The notes under the pieces were generated by a model. That model had not been told where the DNA came from, searched no databases, and saw only the letters and a list, made by a program, of their open reading frames with translations. DNA of 64,000 bases from Heteronotia binoei (Eukaryota), in the NCBI RefSeq assembly GCF_032191835.1, contig NC_083243.1, positions 27,900,001 to 27,964,000 on the forward strand. Reading direction: 5' to 3'. Position numbers and translations under genes: made by a program. Below are positions 46,515 to 58,311 of this stretch, one piece after another (the first letter of the stretch is position 1; each line of letters begins with the position of its first letter).

Positions 46515-46752
46515 AAGAAGAAGAAGACTGCAGATTTATACTCTGCCCTCCTCTCTGAATTAGAGACTCAGAGCGGCTTACAATCTCCTATATCTTCTCC
46601 TCCCCCACAACAGATACTTTCAGGGACAACTCCCATGAGAGCTATGGCTGACCCAAGGCCATTCCAGCAGGTGCAAGTGGAGGAGTGTGGAATCAAACCC
46701 GGTTCTCCCAGATAAGAGTCCGCACACTTAACCACTACACCAAACTGGCTCT
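46515..46752 (-). mobile_element. Squam3-like SINE with internal deletion
   Basis: Reverse complement of the family sequence. Confidence 0.85.
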
Positions 46753-47607
46753 CCTCTTAAGACAGGACAAATTTGAAGAGCTTAGCATTTCTTTGCTGCT
46801 CGTCTGGAATTCTGGGCTCATCTGACTGTGGCGCAACTGTACTTTCTGTAGGTCTGGGAAATGAAAGGCAATATTGGGACTTAGGGGGAGAAAGTGGTAG
46901 GTGCACCACTCATCCTGGCTTATACAGGGAGACTGGATTTGCTGGCATCCGGGGAGCCGATATGTAAGCGGTTCTCGCAAAAGCATGATGCTACATACCT
47001 CAGCTGCCCGGGGTTGCAGTGTTGGCAGGGAGACGATTTTAACTGAATTTAAACTATATTAAATTTATGTTTAATTACCACTCAATGTCACACTATACTC
47101 CCTAAGTGGAAGTTTACTTCAGCAGAACTTCATTAGGTATATCAAATGAATTTATCCATCTGTCATTTCAGCAAGGGTTGTTTAGGGTTGTTTTTTTTTT
47201 TGAAACTGCAAAAATAATGAAGGGATTCTGTCAAAAAGGAATGCAAAAAAAACCTCAGACACAGAAGGAAAACACACTTCCAGAACTCAGCATTGAGATT
47301 TTTTTTTTTTTTGCCAAAGTAAGGCCCAATTAATAAACTGAATCCACGTGGGATGTCTCTACACTTCCTCCTCCCACACAGCTATGGAAGACTCTACTAT
47401 TATTTTTTTATTTACATAATTTATACAACGACCTTTCTTCTCAACAGGAACCCAAAGCAGCTGCTCTCCTCTGCTCCATTTTATCCTCACAACAACCCTG
47501 TGAGGCAGGTTAGGCTGAGAATGTGTGACTGGTCCAAGGTCACTCAGTGATCTTCCACGGCAGAATGGGGATTTGACCCTAGGACTCCAACACTGTAAGC
47601 ACTAAAC

Positions 47608-47991
47608 CAGGGGTGTCAAACATGCAGTTCGGGGGCCAAAAGGCCCCTGGAGGTCTCCTATCAGGCCCCTGAGCAACTGGCTGTCATCTGCTTCTTTCTC
47701 CCTGGGGAAGGAAGGAAACAGCCACAGCTTCCTTTGCCCAGTTCTCTGGATCCCATGGAGAAACACAAAGAAAGCATCTTTAAGACCAATGAGTGCTAAC
47801 ATTTTAAGCATATTTTACGTTTTTTTAAAAAATATATATATTTGTGTTTGTCTGTGTTCTTTATAAAATTTATATTTCTGCTACCTAATCTTAAATAGGT
47901 GCACACATGGCCCAGCCCAACATGGCCCAGCCCAACAAGATCTCATTTATGTCAGATCCGGTCCTCATAACAAATGAGTTCGACCCACCTG
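47608..47991. mobile_element. hAT-type non-autonomous element
   Basis: CAGGGGTGTCAAAC...GTTCGACCCACCTG TIRs; TSD CACTAAAC/CACTAGAC. Confidence 0.85.
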
Positions 47992-48131
47992 CACTAGACC
48001 ACATTGGCCCTAACCACTAGTAATTATTATCATCATCATCATCATCATCATCATCATCTTATGGTGGTATGTGTAGCACAGCCAGGAGATCCTAAAAATG
48101 TCTGGCAGACAGAAATTTGAGCTCTTTTAAG

Positions 48132-48730
48132 AGCATAAGAGAAGCCATGTTGGATCAGGCCAATGGCCCATCCAGTCCAACACTCTGTGTCACACAGTGG
48201 CCAAAAATTTATATATATATGCCTGTAGCCGCCGCCACCTTTCTGTGGCAGTGAATTCCACATATTAATCACCCTTTGGGTGAAGAAGTACCTCCTTTTA
48301 TCCGTTCTAACCCAACTTCTCAGCAATTTCATTGAATGCCCACGAGTTCTTGTATTGTGAGAAAGGGAGCAAAGTACTTCTTTCTCTACCTTCTCCATCC
48401 CATGAATAATCTTGTAAACCTCTATCATGTCACCCCGCAGTCGACGTTTCTCCAAGCTAGAGCCCCAAGCATTTCAACCTTTCTTCATAGGGAAAGTGCT
48501 CCAGCCCTTTAATCATTCTAGTTGCCCTTCTCTGGACTTTCTCCAATGCTATAATATCCTTTTTGAGGTGCGGCGACCAGAACTGCACACAGTACTCCAA
48601 ATAAGACCGCACCATCGATTTATACAGGGGCATGATGATACTGGCTGATTTGTTTTCAATTCCCTTCCTAATAATTCCCAGCATGGCGTTGGCCTTTTTT
48701 ATTGCAATCGCACACTGTCTTGACATTTTT
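48132..48730 (-). mobile_element. CR1 LINE 3' fragment
   Basis: ANAMLGIIRKGIENK...LEYCVQFWSPHL...EERLKCLGL; same 3' tail as the copies at 36k and 42k. Confidence 0.93.
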
Positions 48731-48734
48731 GGTG

Positions 48735-49070
48735 TTATGCACCACTACGTGGTGAGCTAGACTTGTTTTTAAGGCAAGAGACATTTCAGAGGTGGTTTGC
48801 CATTGCCTGCCTCTGCGTCACACCCCTGGTATTTCTTGGAGGTCACCCATCCAAATACTAGCCAGGGCTGACCCTGCTTAGCTTCTGAGATCATAGAATC
48901 ACAGAGTCGGAAGGTACCCCCCAGGGTCATCTAGTCCAACCCCCTACACCATGAAGAACTTTGCAAATACCTCCCCCTAAAGTTCACAGGATCAGCATTG
49001 CCTCTGTTTAAAAACCACCAAGGAAAGAGCTGACAAGATCGGGCTAGCCTGGACTATCCACATCAGAGAG
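48735..49070 (-). mobile_element. 5S-derived SINE with RTE-like tail, split by a CR1 3' end (48891-49030); relatives at 32272-32462, 45541-45730 and 45765-45940
   Basis: 5S-like GATCT..GAAGCTAAGCAGGGTC.GCCCTGG.TAGTATTTGGATGGG head and AGGCAATGGCAAACCAC tail. Confidence 0.7.
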
Positions 49071-49663
49071 GCACTAACCGCTGGACCAGTGGCAACACAT
49101 TACAACAGGGCAGCATTCCTAACATAATATGTTACTCCATAATCCGCCCTAACTGTGTGCATGAATTCATGTGCATTGCCAGGAACAGTATGGGAACAAC
49201 CATGGAATGCTAACAACCACACCACTGCAGGTAGTATACAAGGCACAGAGGCCACGTGTGACATGACAGAACCTCCTCCTTCTAGACTAGTGTTTCTTAA
49301 ACTGTGTGCTGAGATCCTAAAATGGAGGGTCACAAGGAACAGGGTGAGGAGATTTGGAGAGACTGGCAAATTTGGGTTTGCCTCTGCAGAATATGCAAAA
49401 TAGTCATGATATGTAGATGTTTGAGTACAATAGCAAGAGCCCCAAGCATTTGCAATTTACAATAGCTAGAGCCCCAAGAATCTTCAAAATAGTCATGAAA
49501 TGTAGATGTTTGAATACAATAGCATCTTAAGAGACCAACAAAAATTTAGGGGTATAGGCTTACGAGAGTCAAAGCTCCCTTTGCCAGATACCATCTTTAT
49601 ATCTCAAAAGGTCATACTCAAAAATTTTTGTTTGTCTTTTAAGGTACTACTGGATGCAAATCT

Positions 49664-49944
49664 AGAAGAAGAAGAAGACTGCAGATTTATACCCCGCCCT
49701 TCTCTCTGAATCAGAGACTCAGAGCCGCTAACAATCTCTATATCTTCTCCCCCCACAACAGACACCCTGTGAGGTGGGTGGGGCTGAGAGGACTCTCACA
49801 GAAACTACCCTTTCAAGGACAACTCCTGCGATAGCTATGGCTGACCCAAGGCCATTCCAGCACGTGCAAGTGGAGGAGTGGGGAATCAAAACCGGTTCTC
49901 CCAGATAAGAGTCCGCACACTTAACCACTACATCAAACTGGCTC
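49664..49944 (-). mobile_element. Squam3-like SINE
   Basis: Reverse complement of the family sequence with (AGA)n tail. Confidence 0.88.
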
Positions 49945-50287
49945 GACTACTGCAGACTAACATGGCTGCCCTCCTGAAAGTATAGTCATGAAATCTAATC
50001 TGCTGCTCACTATATTTGGAAATACTAAAATGGTGTCAAAGGTTCATTGTAGCACAGACTCTGAAAATGGGCAGTTAGGCACAGGATCCCTTATGAAGCA
50101 ACAAAAGGGCCAACTATGGTGGTTAGAATATTGAGCTAAGACTACAGAGACCCAAGCGTTCAACTCCCCTTCAGCCTGGAAGCTCACAGGGTCGCCCGGG
50201 GCCAGTCTCTCTCTCCTCCTAACCTGCCTCACAGGGTTCACTGTCTTGCATTCCTTGGAGGAAGAATGAAATAACAATGGGACAGAT

Positions 50288-50422
50288 CAGGGGTGGCCAA
50301 CGGTAGCTCTCCAGATGTTTTTTGCCTACAACTCCCATCAGCCCCAGCCAGTATGGTCAGTGGCTGGGGCTGATGGGAGCTGTAGGCAAAAACATCTGGA
50401 GAGCTACCATTGGCTGCCCCTG
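50288..50422. mobile_element. Short palindromic hAT-type MITE (135 bp)
   Basis: Near-perfect hairpin; TSD GGACAGAT/GGATAGAT. Confidence 0.85.
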
Positions 50423-50562
50423 GGATAGATAGGTTGATATAATTTTTGTAGATATTCATCTTCAGAATTTGAGGGATACCACAACTGCCATACAGGGGTC
50501 CCTTGAGTTCATTTATTTTTATTTATTAAATTTTTTATACCCTGCCTTTTCTCGTGGTTCAA

Positions 50563-50836
50563 GAAGACGACGACGAAGGATTTATATTCTGCCCTCCACT
50601 CAAGAGTCTCAGAGCGGCTCATAATCTCTTTTATCTCCCTGCCCCACAACAGACACCCTATGAGGTGGGTGGGGCTGAGAGGACTCTCACAGCAGCTGCC
50701 CTTTCAAGGACAACCTCTGCCAGAGCTATGGCTGACCCAAGGCTATTCCAGCAGGTGCAAGTGGAGAAGCGGGGAATCAAACCCGGTTCTCCCAGATAAG
50801 AGTCCGCACACTTAACCTTTACACCAAACTGGCTCT
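50563..50836 (-). mobile_element. Squam3-like SINE
   Basis: Reverse complement of the family sequence. Confidence 0.85.
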
Positions 50837-51841
50837 CAAGTCAGCCTCAAAGGACAGTAACGTTTTCTTCAGATGTCACCTACCACTGACTGTACTTAAA
50901 CCACACAACACACCCATTCTCATTTTATAAGTTCCTAGACCGTAGGACAAGCAGGTAAAACTCAGAAATGTGAGGAGAAGGCAAAAGATTAAACTCAACC
51001 AACCAAAATGTCTGTTTCCCTTCTCTCAAAGTGACAGATTAGGCCTTTTCTCCACATTTAATGACACGCATTTCCCCTCTGTGAGTTCGCTTTGGCCTTC
51101 CGGCCAAAACAGATGCCCTCGGTGCTAATCAGATGACAACTGCACTTATAAAACAGTCTACCAGGATGTAAGGGAAGTGCCTTGATATCCTTTTGCACCC
51201 AAGCCCTGAGATTAGTGCTTACCCCATCTTGGCACCAAGAACAGACCAAAATTTTATTGGCCGGATCATGCATTGTTACTGACTACCGCTCTGATTTACC
51301 ACAGCGATCTATCATCTGAATCTTTATATTCGGGCCACTGAAAGATTATACCTAAAGTTGCACTATGTGCCCCCCCGCTCCTGCTATTTAGTGTTGTTGT
51401 AATGCTACTGTTTTAAACAGTATTTATTGGTTTTATTGTATGTGATTGGGTTTTTATCTGAATGTGATCCGCCCTGAGCCCATCTGGGAAAGGGCGGAAT
51501 ACAAGTGAACCAAATAAATAAATACATTTAAAGAGAATGAAACTACGGTTTGAGAGGAGACACTGTCAAAACTACCCACTCATCCAGCTCCTCCAAGGAA
51601 TTCAGGTCCAATGTTGAAAACCTTTTACAGACTTGTGCTCTACATTCCCTGAAACGCTAAAACAGACTGGTACTGTACATTGCTTGGGGTGTTTTGTTAC
51701 GCTAATGGGATCTATAAATAAATTACAGGCTTTCCCTCAGGTAGGTGATTCCCCCACTGTAAGTCATCCAACCAGCAGTTCAGCAGCAGGGTCAATTCCC
51801 CCCTGAGGTGAGCTACTGAGGCACCAACAAGATATTGAAGA

Positions 51842-52430
51842 ATCACAGAATCACAGAGTTGGAAGGGACCTCCAGGGTTATCTAGTTCAACCCCCTGCAC
51901 AATTCAGAAAACTCACAAATACCTCCCCCTAAATTCACAGGAAATTCATTGCTGTCAGATGGCCATCTAGCCTCTGTTTAGAAACCTCCAAGGAAGGAGA
52001 GCCCATCACCTCCCGAGGAAGCCTGTTCCACTGAGGAATCACTCTAGCAGTCAGGAAGTTCTTCCTAATGTTGAGCCGGAAACTCTTTTGATTTAGTTTC
52101 AACCCACTGGTTCTGATCCTACCTTCCGAGGCCACAGAAAACAATTCCACACCATCCTCTATAGGACAGCCCTTCAAGTACTTGAAGATGGTGATCATAT
52201 CACCTCTCAGCCACCTCCTCTCCAGGCCAAACATGCCCAGCTCCTTCAACCTTTCTTCATAGGACTTGGTCTCCAGACCCCTCACCATCTTCGTCGCCCT
52301 CCTCTGGACCAGTTCCAGCTAGTCTATATCCTTCTTAAAATGTGGTGGCCAAAACTGAAAACAATACTCCAGGTGAGGTCTTACCAGAGCAGAGTAAAGC
52401 AATACCATCACTTCACGTGATCTGGACACT
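51842..52430 (-). mobile_element. CR1 LINE 3' fragment (second family)
   Basis: MVRGLETKSYEERLKELGMFGLERRWLRGDMITIFKYLKG; (GATTCTAT/GATTCTGT)-type tail. Confidence 0.93.
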
Positions 52431-52439
52431 ATATATCTG

Positions 52440-52698
52440 AAGATTGATATCCTGCCCTATACTCTGAATCTCAGAGTCTGAGTGGTCGCAATCTCCTTTT
52501 ACCTCCCCTCCCACCCCACAACAGACACCCTGTGAAGTAGGTGGGGTTGAGAGAGCTTTTACAGCAGCTGCCCTTTCAAGGACAACTCCCATGAGAGCTA
52601 TGGTTGACCCAAGGCCATTCCATCAGCTGCAAGTGGAGGAGTGGGGAATCAAACCCAGTTCTCCCAGATAAGGGTCCATGCACTTAACCACTACACCA
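52440..52698 (-). mobile_element. Squam3-like SINE
   Basis: Reverse complement of the family sequence. Confidence 0.85.
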
Positions 52699-54407
52699 AC
52701 AACACTGTGGCTCAGCTGTGCAAATGCAAATCTTTCCTTTTCATGTGTTAGCACACCAACATCATGGACAGATGTTAAGGGTTTGGTGGGGGGGCTGCTT
52801 TCAAAAAGGCTGTCTACCCTTGGCCTGCAGTGTAATAGTTCCAGCATCCCAAGGGCCAAACTAGAAATGATGGTGACCTCATGGCCATCACAAGAACACC
52901 GCCATTTAAAAGTCATTTTTAACATGCCATTAGGGTCTGATCTTGGTCAGGCCCAGAGCCCAGCACTCGTTTCCCTCCTCAGCTCTTTTTCAAGTGCCCA
53001 AACAGCTGTGGTGTGAGGGGTGTATGGAACTGCTTTGGCACTTATTAAGGCACTGGGGGGGGGAGACAAGAAACCTCAGCCTGACACTCTGTGTGCCTGA
53101 TCAAGATTGGGCCCTTGCACTTTAAACTGGTGCCGGTGTCCCCACGGTGATCGCAAGGATATTGTCTCATCTAGTTAGGGCCTGTGAGGAATTCTAGTAA
53201 CTCCAACAACTTTATATAAAGTTTTTTAAAATGCTGAGAACATTTCACAATTCTTGACATTTAAGAAACTGTTAAGAGACCTGGGGTGTCTTCAACAAGT
53301 GGAACTGCTCTATCAAACAGACCGTGCTCTATCAAACAAAGCCGACTGAGGGTTCAAATGGCTCCTGCCATTAGCCTACAAAGGACTACAAACCACAGCA
53401 AAAATGGTCAAGTTTCCAGCAGCCATAATACATGACAGATGAGCTGCATTTAGTTTGGTGTATCCCAAAATTGTGCAGGATTGATTTCTGGAGGACAGTA
53501 CATATTTTGATGGCTCTCCAGTTTAAATCAACAAGAGTCTAGAGAATGGAAAAGGACTTGCTCTGGGAAAACAGATGCGTAGTAAGTGAAGATGCCAATG
53601 CTGTTTAGATGCACAACCTATGTAGCAAGCAGGGATTAATGGAACAGAGGATTCTGGGAAGTGATGATTCACTTAGCTGCCATCTTAACTTGATCATATA
53701 TATCTTTTCAATAACTCCCAAAGTACCCCGTTGTGGTGCCCATGGGCACCAAGACACCCACCAACGCCTTTTCTGAAGCTCACCAAGTGCTTTCAGAAAA
53801 TGGGCAGGGCCAAGTGGGGCTTTTCCCAGCAAGGCTTTGGATAGGTCACTGGAACTTTGATTGACTTTGTTGATTTTTTAAAAATGATGCTTTGGCATGA
53901 ATTGCTACTACAGCACTGTGAGACTGAAGGAAAGCTGCAGCAGCCATTCTGTGGCTGGTTCTTACTCCCGCGGCAGCCATTTTGTGGCTGTGTCCACCAT
54001 GTCGTGTCAGAATTCCAATGTTGCCCACAAGCTCAAAAGGGTTGAGGACCCGAGCTATGAAGATGAGAAGCAGCATTAAGTATTGGACAGAGAATCAGAC
54101 AAGGACCTGGAAGAGCCAAGTTCAAATGCCCATTCTGCCATGAAGCTAACTGGGTGAACTCAAGATCAGTCACACTCTTTGATTAACCCTGCCTCACGAG
54201 ATTATTGTGAGGATAAAATGGGGAAGGCAAAAACAATTTACAACTCTGAGTCCTTTTGATAAAAGGCAGGGACACAGACCAGGATTCAGGATTCAGAGAG
54301 CTGAATCCTTATATACAACAGCTAAAGAAAGCAGTAAGAAAACCAATAATTATCTATACAAGTTGATGGTATATTCTTAAAATATATAACATTCTTTGGG
54401 AAAATAC

Positions 54408-54486
54408 CTCTTTTTTGCTCTCCTTGTTTTGTTCAACCTCAATATCTATAGGGTTAGTTCCATTTGCTTCTTCCATTTCATCCTCA
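54408..54486 (-). CDS. RCOR1: REST corepressor 1 (CoREST), coding exon (human exon 7 equivalent)
   Basis: Minus strand ttctag|T GAG GAT ... AAA GAG|gtattt; 79 nt; translates (S)EDEMEEANGTNPIDIEVEQNKESKKE, matching the remembered human EDELEEANGNNPIDIEVDQNKESKKE. Confidence 0.95.
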
Positions 54487-54825
54487 CTAGAAAATAAACA
54501 GAAAGGCAATGCCGTATTATTTGTTCAGAATTGCATATATAGATTAAGCATGTACCATAAACCCCATACACAACGCAATCTTTTTAGCCAGTCTCCTCCC
54601 CATTACGATAGATGCCAGTACAAAAGTAAAAGGGAAATCACAAGAACATTTAAAGGAAATAGCTTTTTTAAAAAAATTAGGTAATATTGATCAGCTTGAG
54701 AACACTGTTTAACAGAGGTTAAGTATAAAACAGCATGGCTGATTCCAACATTAAGGGGATCAAATCACCTTATATTTTTAAGATGCCTTCCTGGTATACC
54801 TATGTTGTTCTTCTCTCAACAGATA

Positions 54826-55200
54826 CCACAAAGGCACTAAAACTATAAAGTGGATGCATTTGGGCTTGGGATGGAGAAAACATGGTGAGAACATTCTCTC
54901 CCCAACACTACACAACAACTTGGGGCAACCAACAATGCTGACAGGGAAAACGGACAAAAGGAAATACTTCACGCAATGAGTAACTTGTGGAACCTGCCAC
55001 AGGATGTACCAACGATGCTAGCTTAGACGGCTTTAAAAGGGGGACTACAACCAATTCCTCACTAGCTATGAGCCACGATGGCTGAATACCAGCCTCCATC
55101 TTATGAGGCATATGAGGAGGAGGCAGGCTTTGGCCCGTTTCTCAGCTTGCTTGCCTCAAGGGACACCTGGATTGGCCTCAGTGGGAAACAGAATTCTTGA
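54826..55200 (-). mobile_element. Degenerate CR1 3' fragment
   Basis: Decayed similarity to the CR1 tail (AAAAGGAAATACTTC..GCAATGAGTAACTTGTGGAAC..GCCACAGGATG) with rearrangement. Confidence 0.55.
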
Positions 55201-55634
55201 CTATGTTGACTAGAGATTACATCTTCCTCCTTCTCCATCTAATGTTTTCGGGGTTGCTGTACGTTAAGGTGATTATACAATTTTCTTGGTGAACTTCTGT
55301 TGGGCCATTAAAACTTGGAGGAGAATCCCTCACAAAAAGCTGTTTTGCTTTAAAGCGTTCGTACAAGCTACAGCACAGGTTTGTGCTTCAGATAAGTCAA
55401 CCCGCCTCCAATTCAGTTGGTTTTAAATTTGCATAGCAAACAAATCAGATTTCTCTATTAAAACCCAGTGCTTCTCTCCCCCCCCCCCCTCTAAAGCAAG
55501 GAACCACAGGTGACTAATTATATCCACCAAGCACATCCAAACATATGTTCAACAAACTGTTGGTTGTGGGGTTTTTTTGGGGGGGGGGGAGGGGTTGTTT
55601 GTTTCAATTCCTGGCTGGGTAAAATACATTCCAT

Positions 55635-55683
<49 letters not shown>
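55635..55683. repeat. (TAC)n microsatellite (others: (CAT)n ~48030-48058, (CA)n ~45941-45963)
   Basis: Directly visible perfect trinucleotide repeat. Confidence 0.95.
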
Positions 55684-55684
<1 letters not shown>

Positions 55685-56007
55685 ATGGGTATCAAACCAA
55701 AATCAAGTCCAATTGTGATCAAACAATTAAGGATGCTGAGACTAAGTTTGTATTTTTTTTAAAAAAAAAATCCAACATACGTGAATAGGTATCTCATAAC
55801 ACTAAAACAATTCCTGACTGCAAAACAACATTGGTGTTTCATATATTTTAGATTAACCCACTGCTGCTGTCCGCACTACAAGCAAAATTGCTCATCAAAC
55901 CGAAAACTGCTGAGTTAAAGCTACTTCCATCCTCGATTCACAATATGAATGTAAATCACTCTGAGCCACAACAGCCAGTACTGGAGCCTCCACGATCAAA
56001 AGCAGTA

Positions 56008-56190
56008 TAGGGTTTGTAGAATCTTTTGGGATCAAGTGCCGTGTTCTACTGGAGAAAGTTTTCCTTCCAGACGTTTCGTTCTCAGCTGCGGAGAACATCC
56101 TCAGTAGCGTTGCAGCCGGAGCAGGTGCTCAGACCTTCTTGGCTGCTGTGCATTGAGTGGGGCCAGGGCTGCTGGAGAGCTGCTATTTGG
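56008..56190 (-). mobile_element. Penelope-like element terminal fragment
   Basis: CTGAGGATG-stem-CGAAACGTC followed by AGAACACGGC...TACAAACCCTA, the layout of PLE termini as I recall it. Confidence 0.65.
56067..56107 (-). ncRNA. Putative minimal type I hammerhead ribozyme
   Basis: Minus strand CUA CUGAGGA U GUUCUC CGCAGCU GAGAAC GAA AC GU C UGG: complete core, perfect 6-bp stem II, palindromic loopless stem III (ACGU), GUC cleavage triplet, 3-bp stem I. Confidence 0.6.
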
Positions 56191-56668
56191 CCTTTTTGGC
56201 ATTGGGGACCAGTTTTGTGGAAGACAATTCTTCCATGGATCGGGGGAGGGGGGATGGTTTTGGGATGATACAATTGTGCACTTTATTTTGGTGTAGTGGC
56301 TAAGTGTGCGGACTCTTATCTGGGAGAACCGGGTTTGATTCCCCACTCCTCCACTTGCAGCTGCTGGAATGGCCTTGGGTCAGCCATAGCTCTCATAGGA
56401 GTTGTCCTTGAATGGGCAGCTTCTGGGAGAGCTCTCTCAGCCCCACCCACCTCACAAGGTGTCTGTTGTGGGGGAAAAAGATAAAGGAGATTGTGAGCTG
56501 CTCTGAGATGCTGAGATTCAGAGTGGAAGGCAAGATATAAATCCAATGTCGTCTTCTTATTTTTATTACTACATTGTAATATATAATGAAATAATTATAC
56601 AACTCACAGCCCGGTTGCTAACAGGTCATGGACTGGTACCAGTCCGCGAACTAGGAGTTGAGGACCTA
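56191..56668. mobile_element. hAT-Charlie (MER1-like) non-autonomous element interrupted by a SINE
   Basis: CCTTTTTGGCA..GGGACCAGTTTTGTGGAAGACAATT left part and CCCGGTTGCTAACAGG.CA.GGAC.GGTACC.GTCCGCG right part resemble MER1-type ends as I remember them. Confidence 0.55.
56289..56558 (+). mobile_element. Squam3-like SINE nested in a hAT element
   Basis: Family sequence interrupting the element at 56191-56668. Confidence 0.85.
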
Positions 56669-57683
56669 GCGGATGCAGAAGCTACTCTGCAGAGGACTAG
56701 GGCAACAGGTTTATTATTTATTTATTTTATGATTTATATCCCGCCCTTCCCAGCAAGTGGCTCAGGGCGGCTCAGGTTGGATTGAAAGGCAGTACATCAA
56801 TGTAACAATTCCCGCTCCCAAAATGAACCCCCACCATTCCCCCCCCCCCCTTTTCTAAGGATTTTCCCATTAAGCAGAATTTCAAGGGCTTGGTGTGCTT
56901 CAGCAGGAGGGGCAAGGTTGGGATACCAAGGCTCTTAGGATCTCAGAATTACCAAATTTAACTGTGGGAGAGGACAGTCTAATTATCCTGTATCTCCAGT
57001 CTCAAAGGAATACAGAAATGACAGCCAGTAATCGGTATAAGCTGAGATGAGAAAAATGCAGGAGCAAAGGAAACTGGAATGAGGAAACATGGGAGATGGG
57101 CAGCGATCCAGAGGACTAGCTGAGGCAATAACAGCACGTCTGACTTTATTCCATGGGCTCCCTATTCAATTCATTCATGTTGGCAGTTAGTTACCTAATT
57201 CTTCTCCCTGACAGAGAGCCAACTGTCCTACAGAAATAGCCAGATTTAAATTTAAACAGTTTATATATTTAAATATCCATTTTAAGCAAACAAAATTCAA
57301 TTTAACCATGAAGAGGAGGGGAACACAAGGTTGCCTCTTGAATAGATTCTGAACCTTATAGGGCAGCTAACAAAATGGCTGCCATTCAGAAACTAAGAGT
57401 CCTTGGTTTCATGCCTCTGGCTACCCCCAGGCTTTAAACATCAGTACAAGTTTTATTTTCTGTGACCTGCTAAGTTTTCTGGCAAATTCTGGTCACCACT
57501 GAGCTGTCCTCCTTTCCCTATTGAAGAAGTTCCTATTGTTCCTAAGTACCTTTTTTAAAAAAAAAATACAAACCAAAAGAAGCACTGCAACCAAGCTAGT
57601 TGGCTAATCTAATCTCTGGAAGTTACAACTGCTAATAATATTTAACCTTGAAAGCACACACACCATTTTGTATAACAGATGTT

Positions 57684-58095
57684 GAGTCCAGGGGCACTTT
57701 TAAATCCAACAAAAGTTTATTCAAGGTATGAGCTTTTGCATGCACACTTCTTCACAGGGGTTTTTTTTAGAAGGTACACAAAGTAACGCATTTCCAGCTG
57801 GCTTGGTGTCAGGGGGTGTAGCCTGATATGCAAATGAGTTCCTGGTGGACTTTTTGTACACCCCCCCGCTTCCTTCATATACATAGAAATGAAAGCCAAA
57901 AGTATGAGCTTTCGTGTGCATGCACACTTCTTCATACACACAGAAATGGAAGCTAACATATGGATTCTATGTGTCTGAAGAAGTGTGCGTGCACACAAAA
58001 ACTCATACTTTGAATAAACTTTCGTTGGTCTCAAAGGTGCCACTGGATTCCAAATATGTTTTGCTGCTTCAGACCAACATGGCTGCCCACCTGGA
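57684..58095. mobile_element. Cluster of Penelope-like terminal fragments (direct and inverted) with a nested MITE arm
   Basis: Repeated GTATGAGCTTTCGTGTGCATGCACACTTCTTCA units; 57902-57937 and 57971-58008 are inverted; tail AAAGGTGCCACTGGATTC...CAGACCAACATGGCTGCC. Confidence 0.6.
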
Positions 58096-58129
58096 TCCAA
58101 CACCATTTGTGTAATTCTGTGGTTAGGCC

Positions 58130-58311
58130 CAGGGCCTTTTTTGTAGCAGGAACTCCTCTGCATATTAGGCCACACTCCCCTGATGTAGCCAATCCTCCTG
58201 GAGCTTACAGTAGGCCCTGTACTAAGCACCCTGTAAGCTCTTGGAGGATTGGCTACATCAGGGGAGTGTGGCCTAATATGCAAAGGAGTTCCTGCTACAA
58301 AAAAAGCCCTG
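58130..58311. mobile_element. Palindromic hAT-type MITE
   Basis: TSD GTTAGGCC/GTTAGACA (6 of 8); near-perfect palindrome. Confidence 0.85.
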
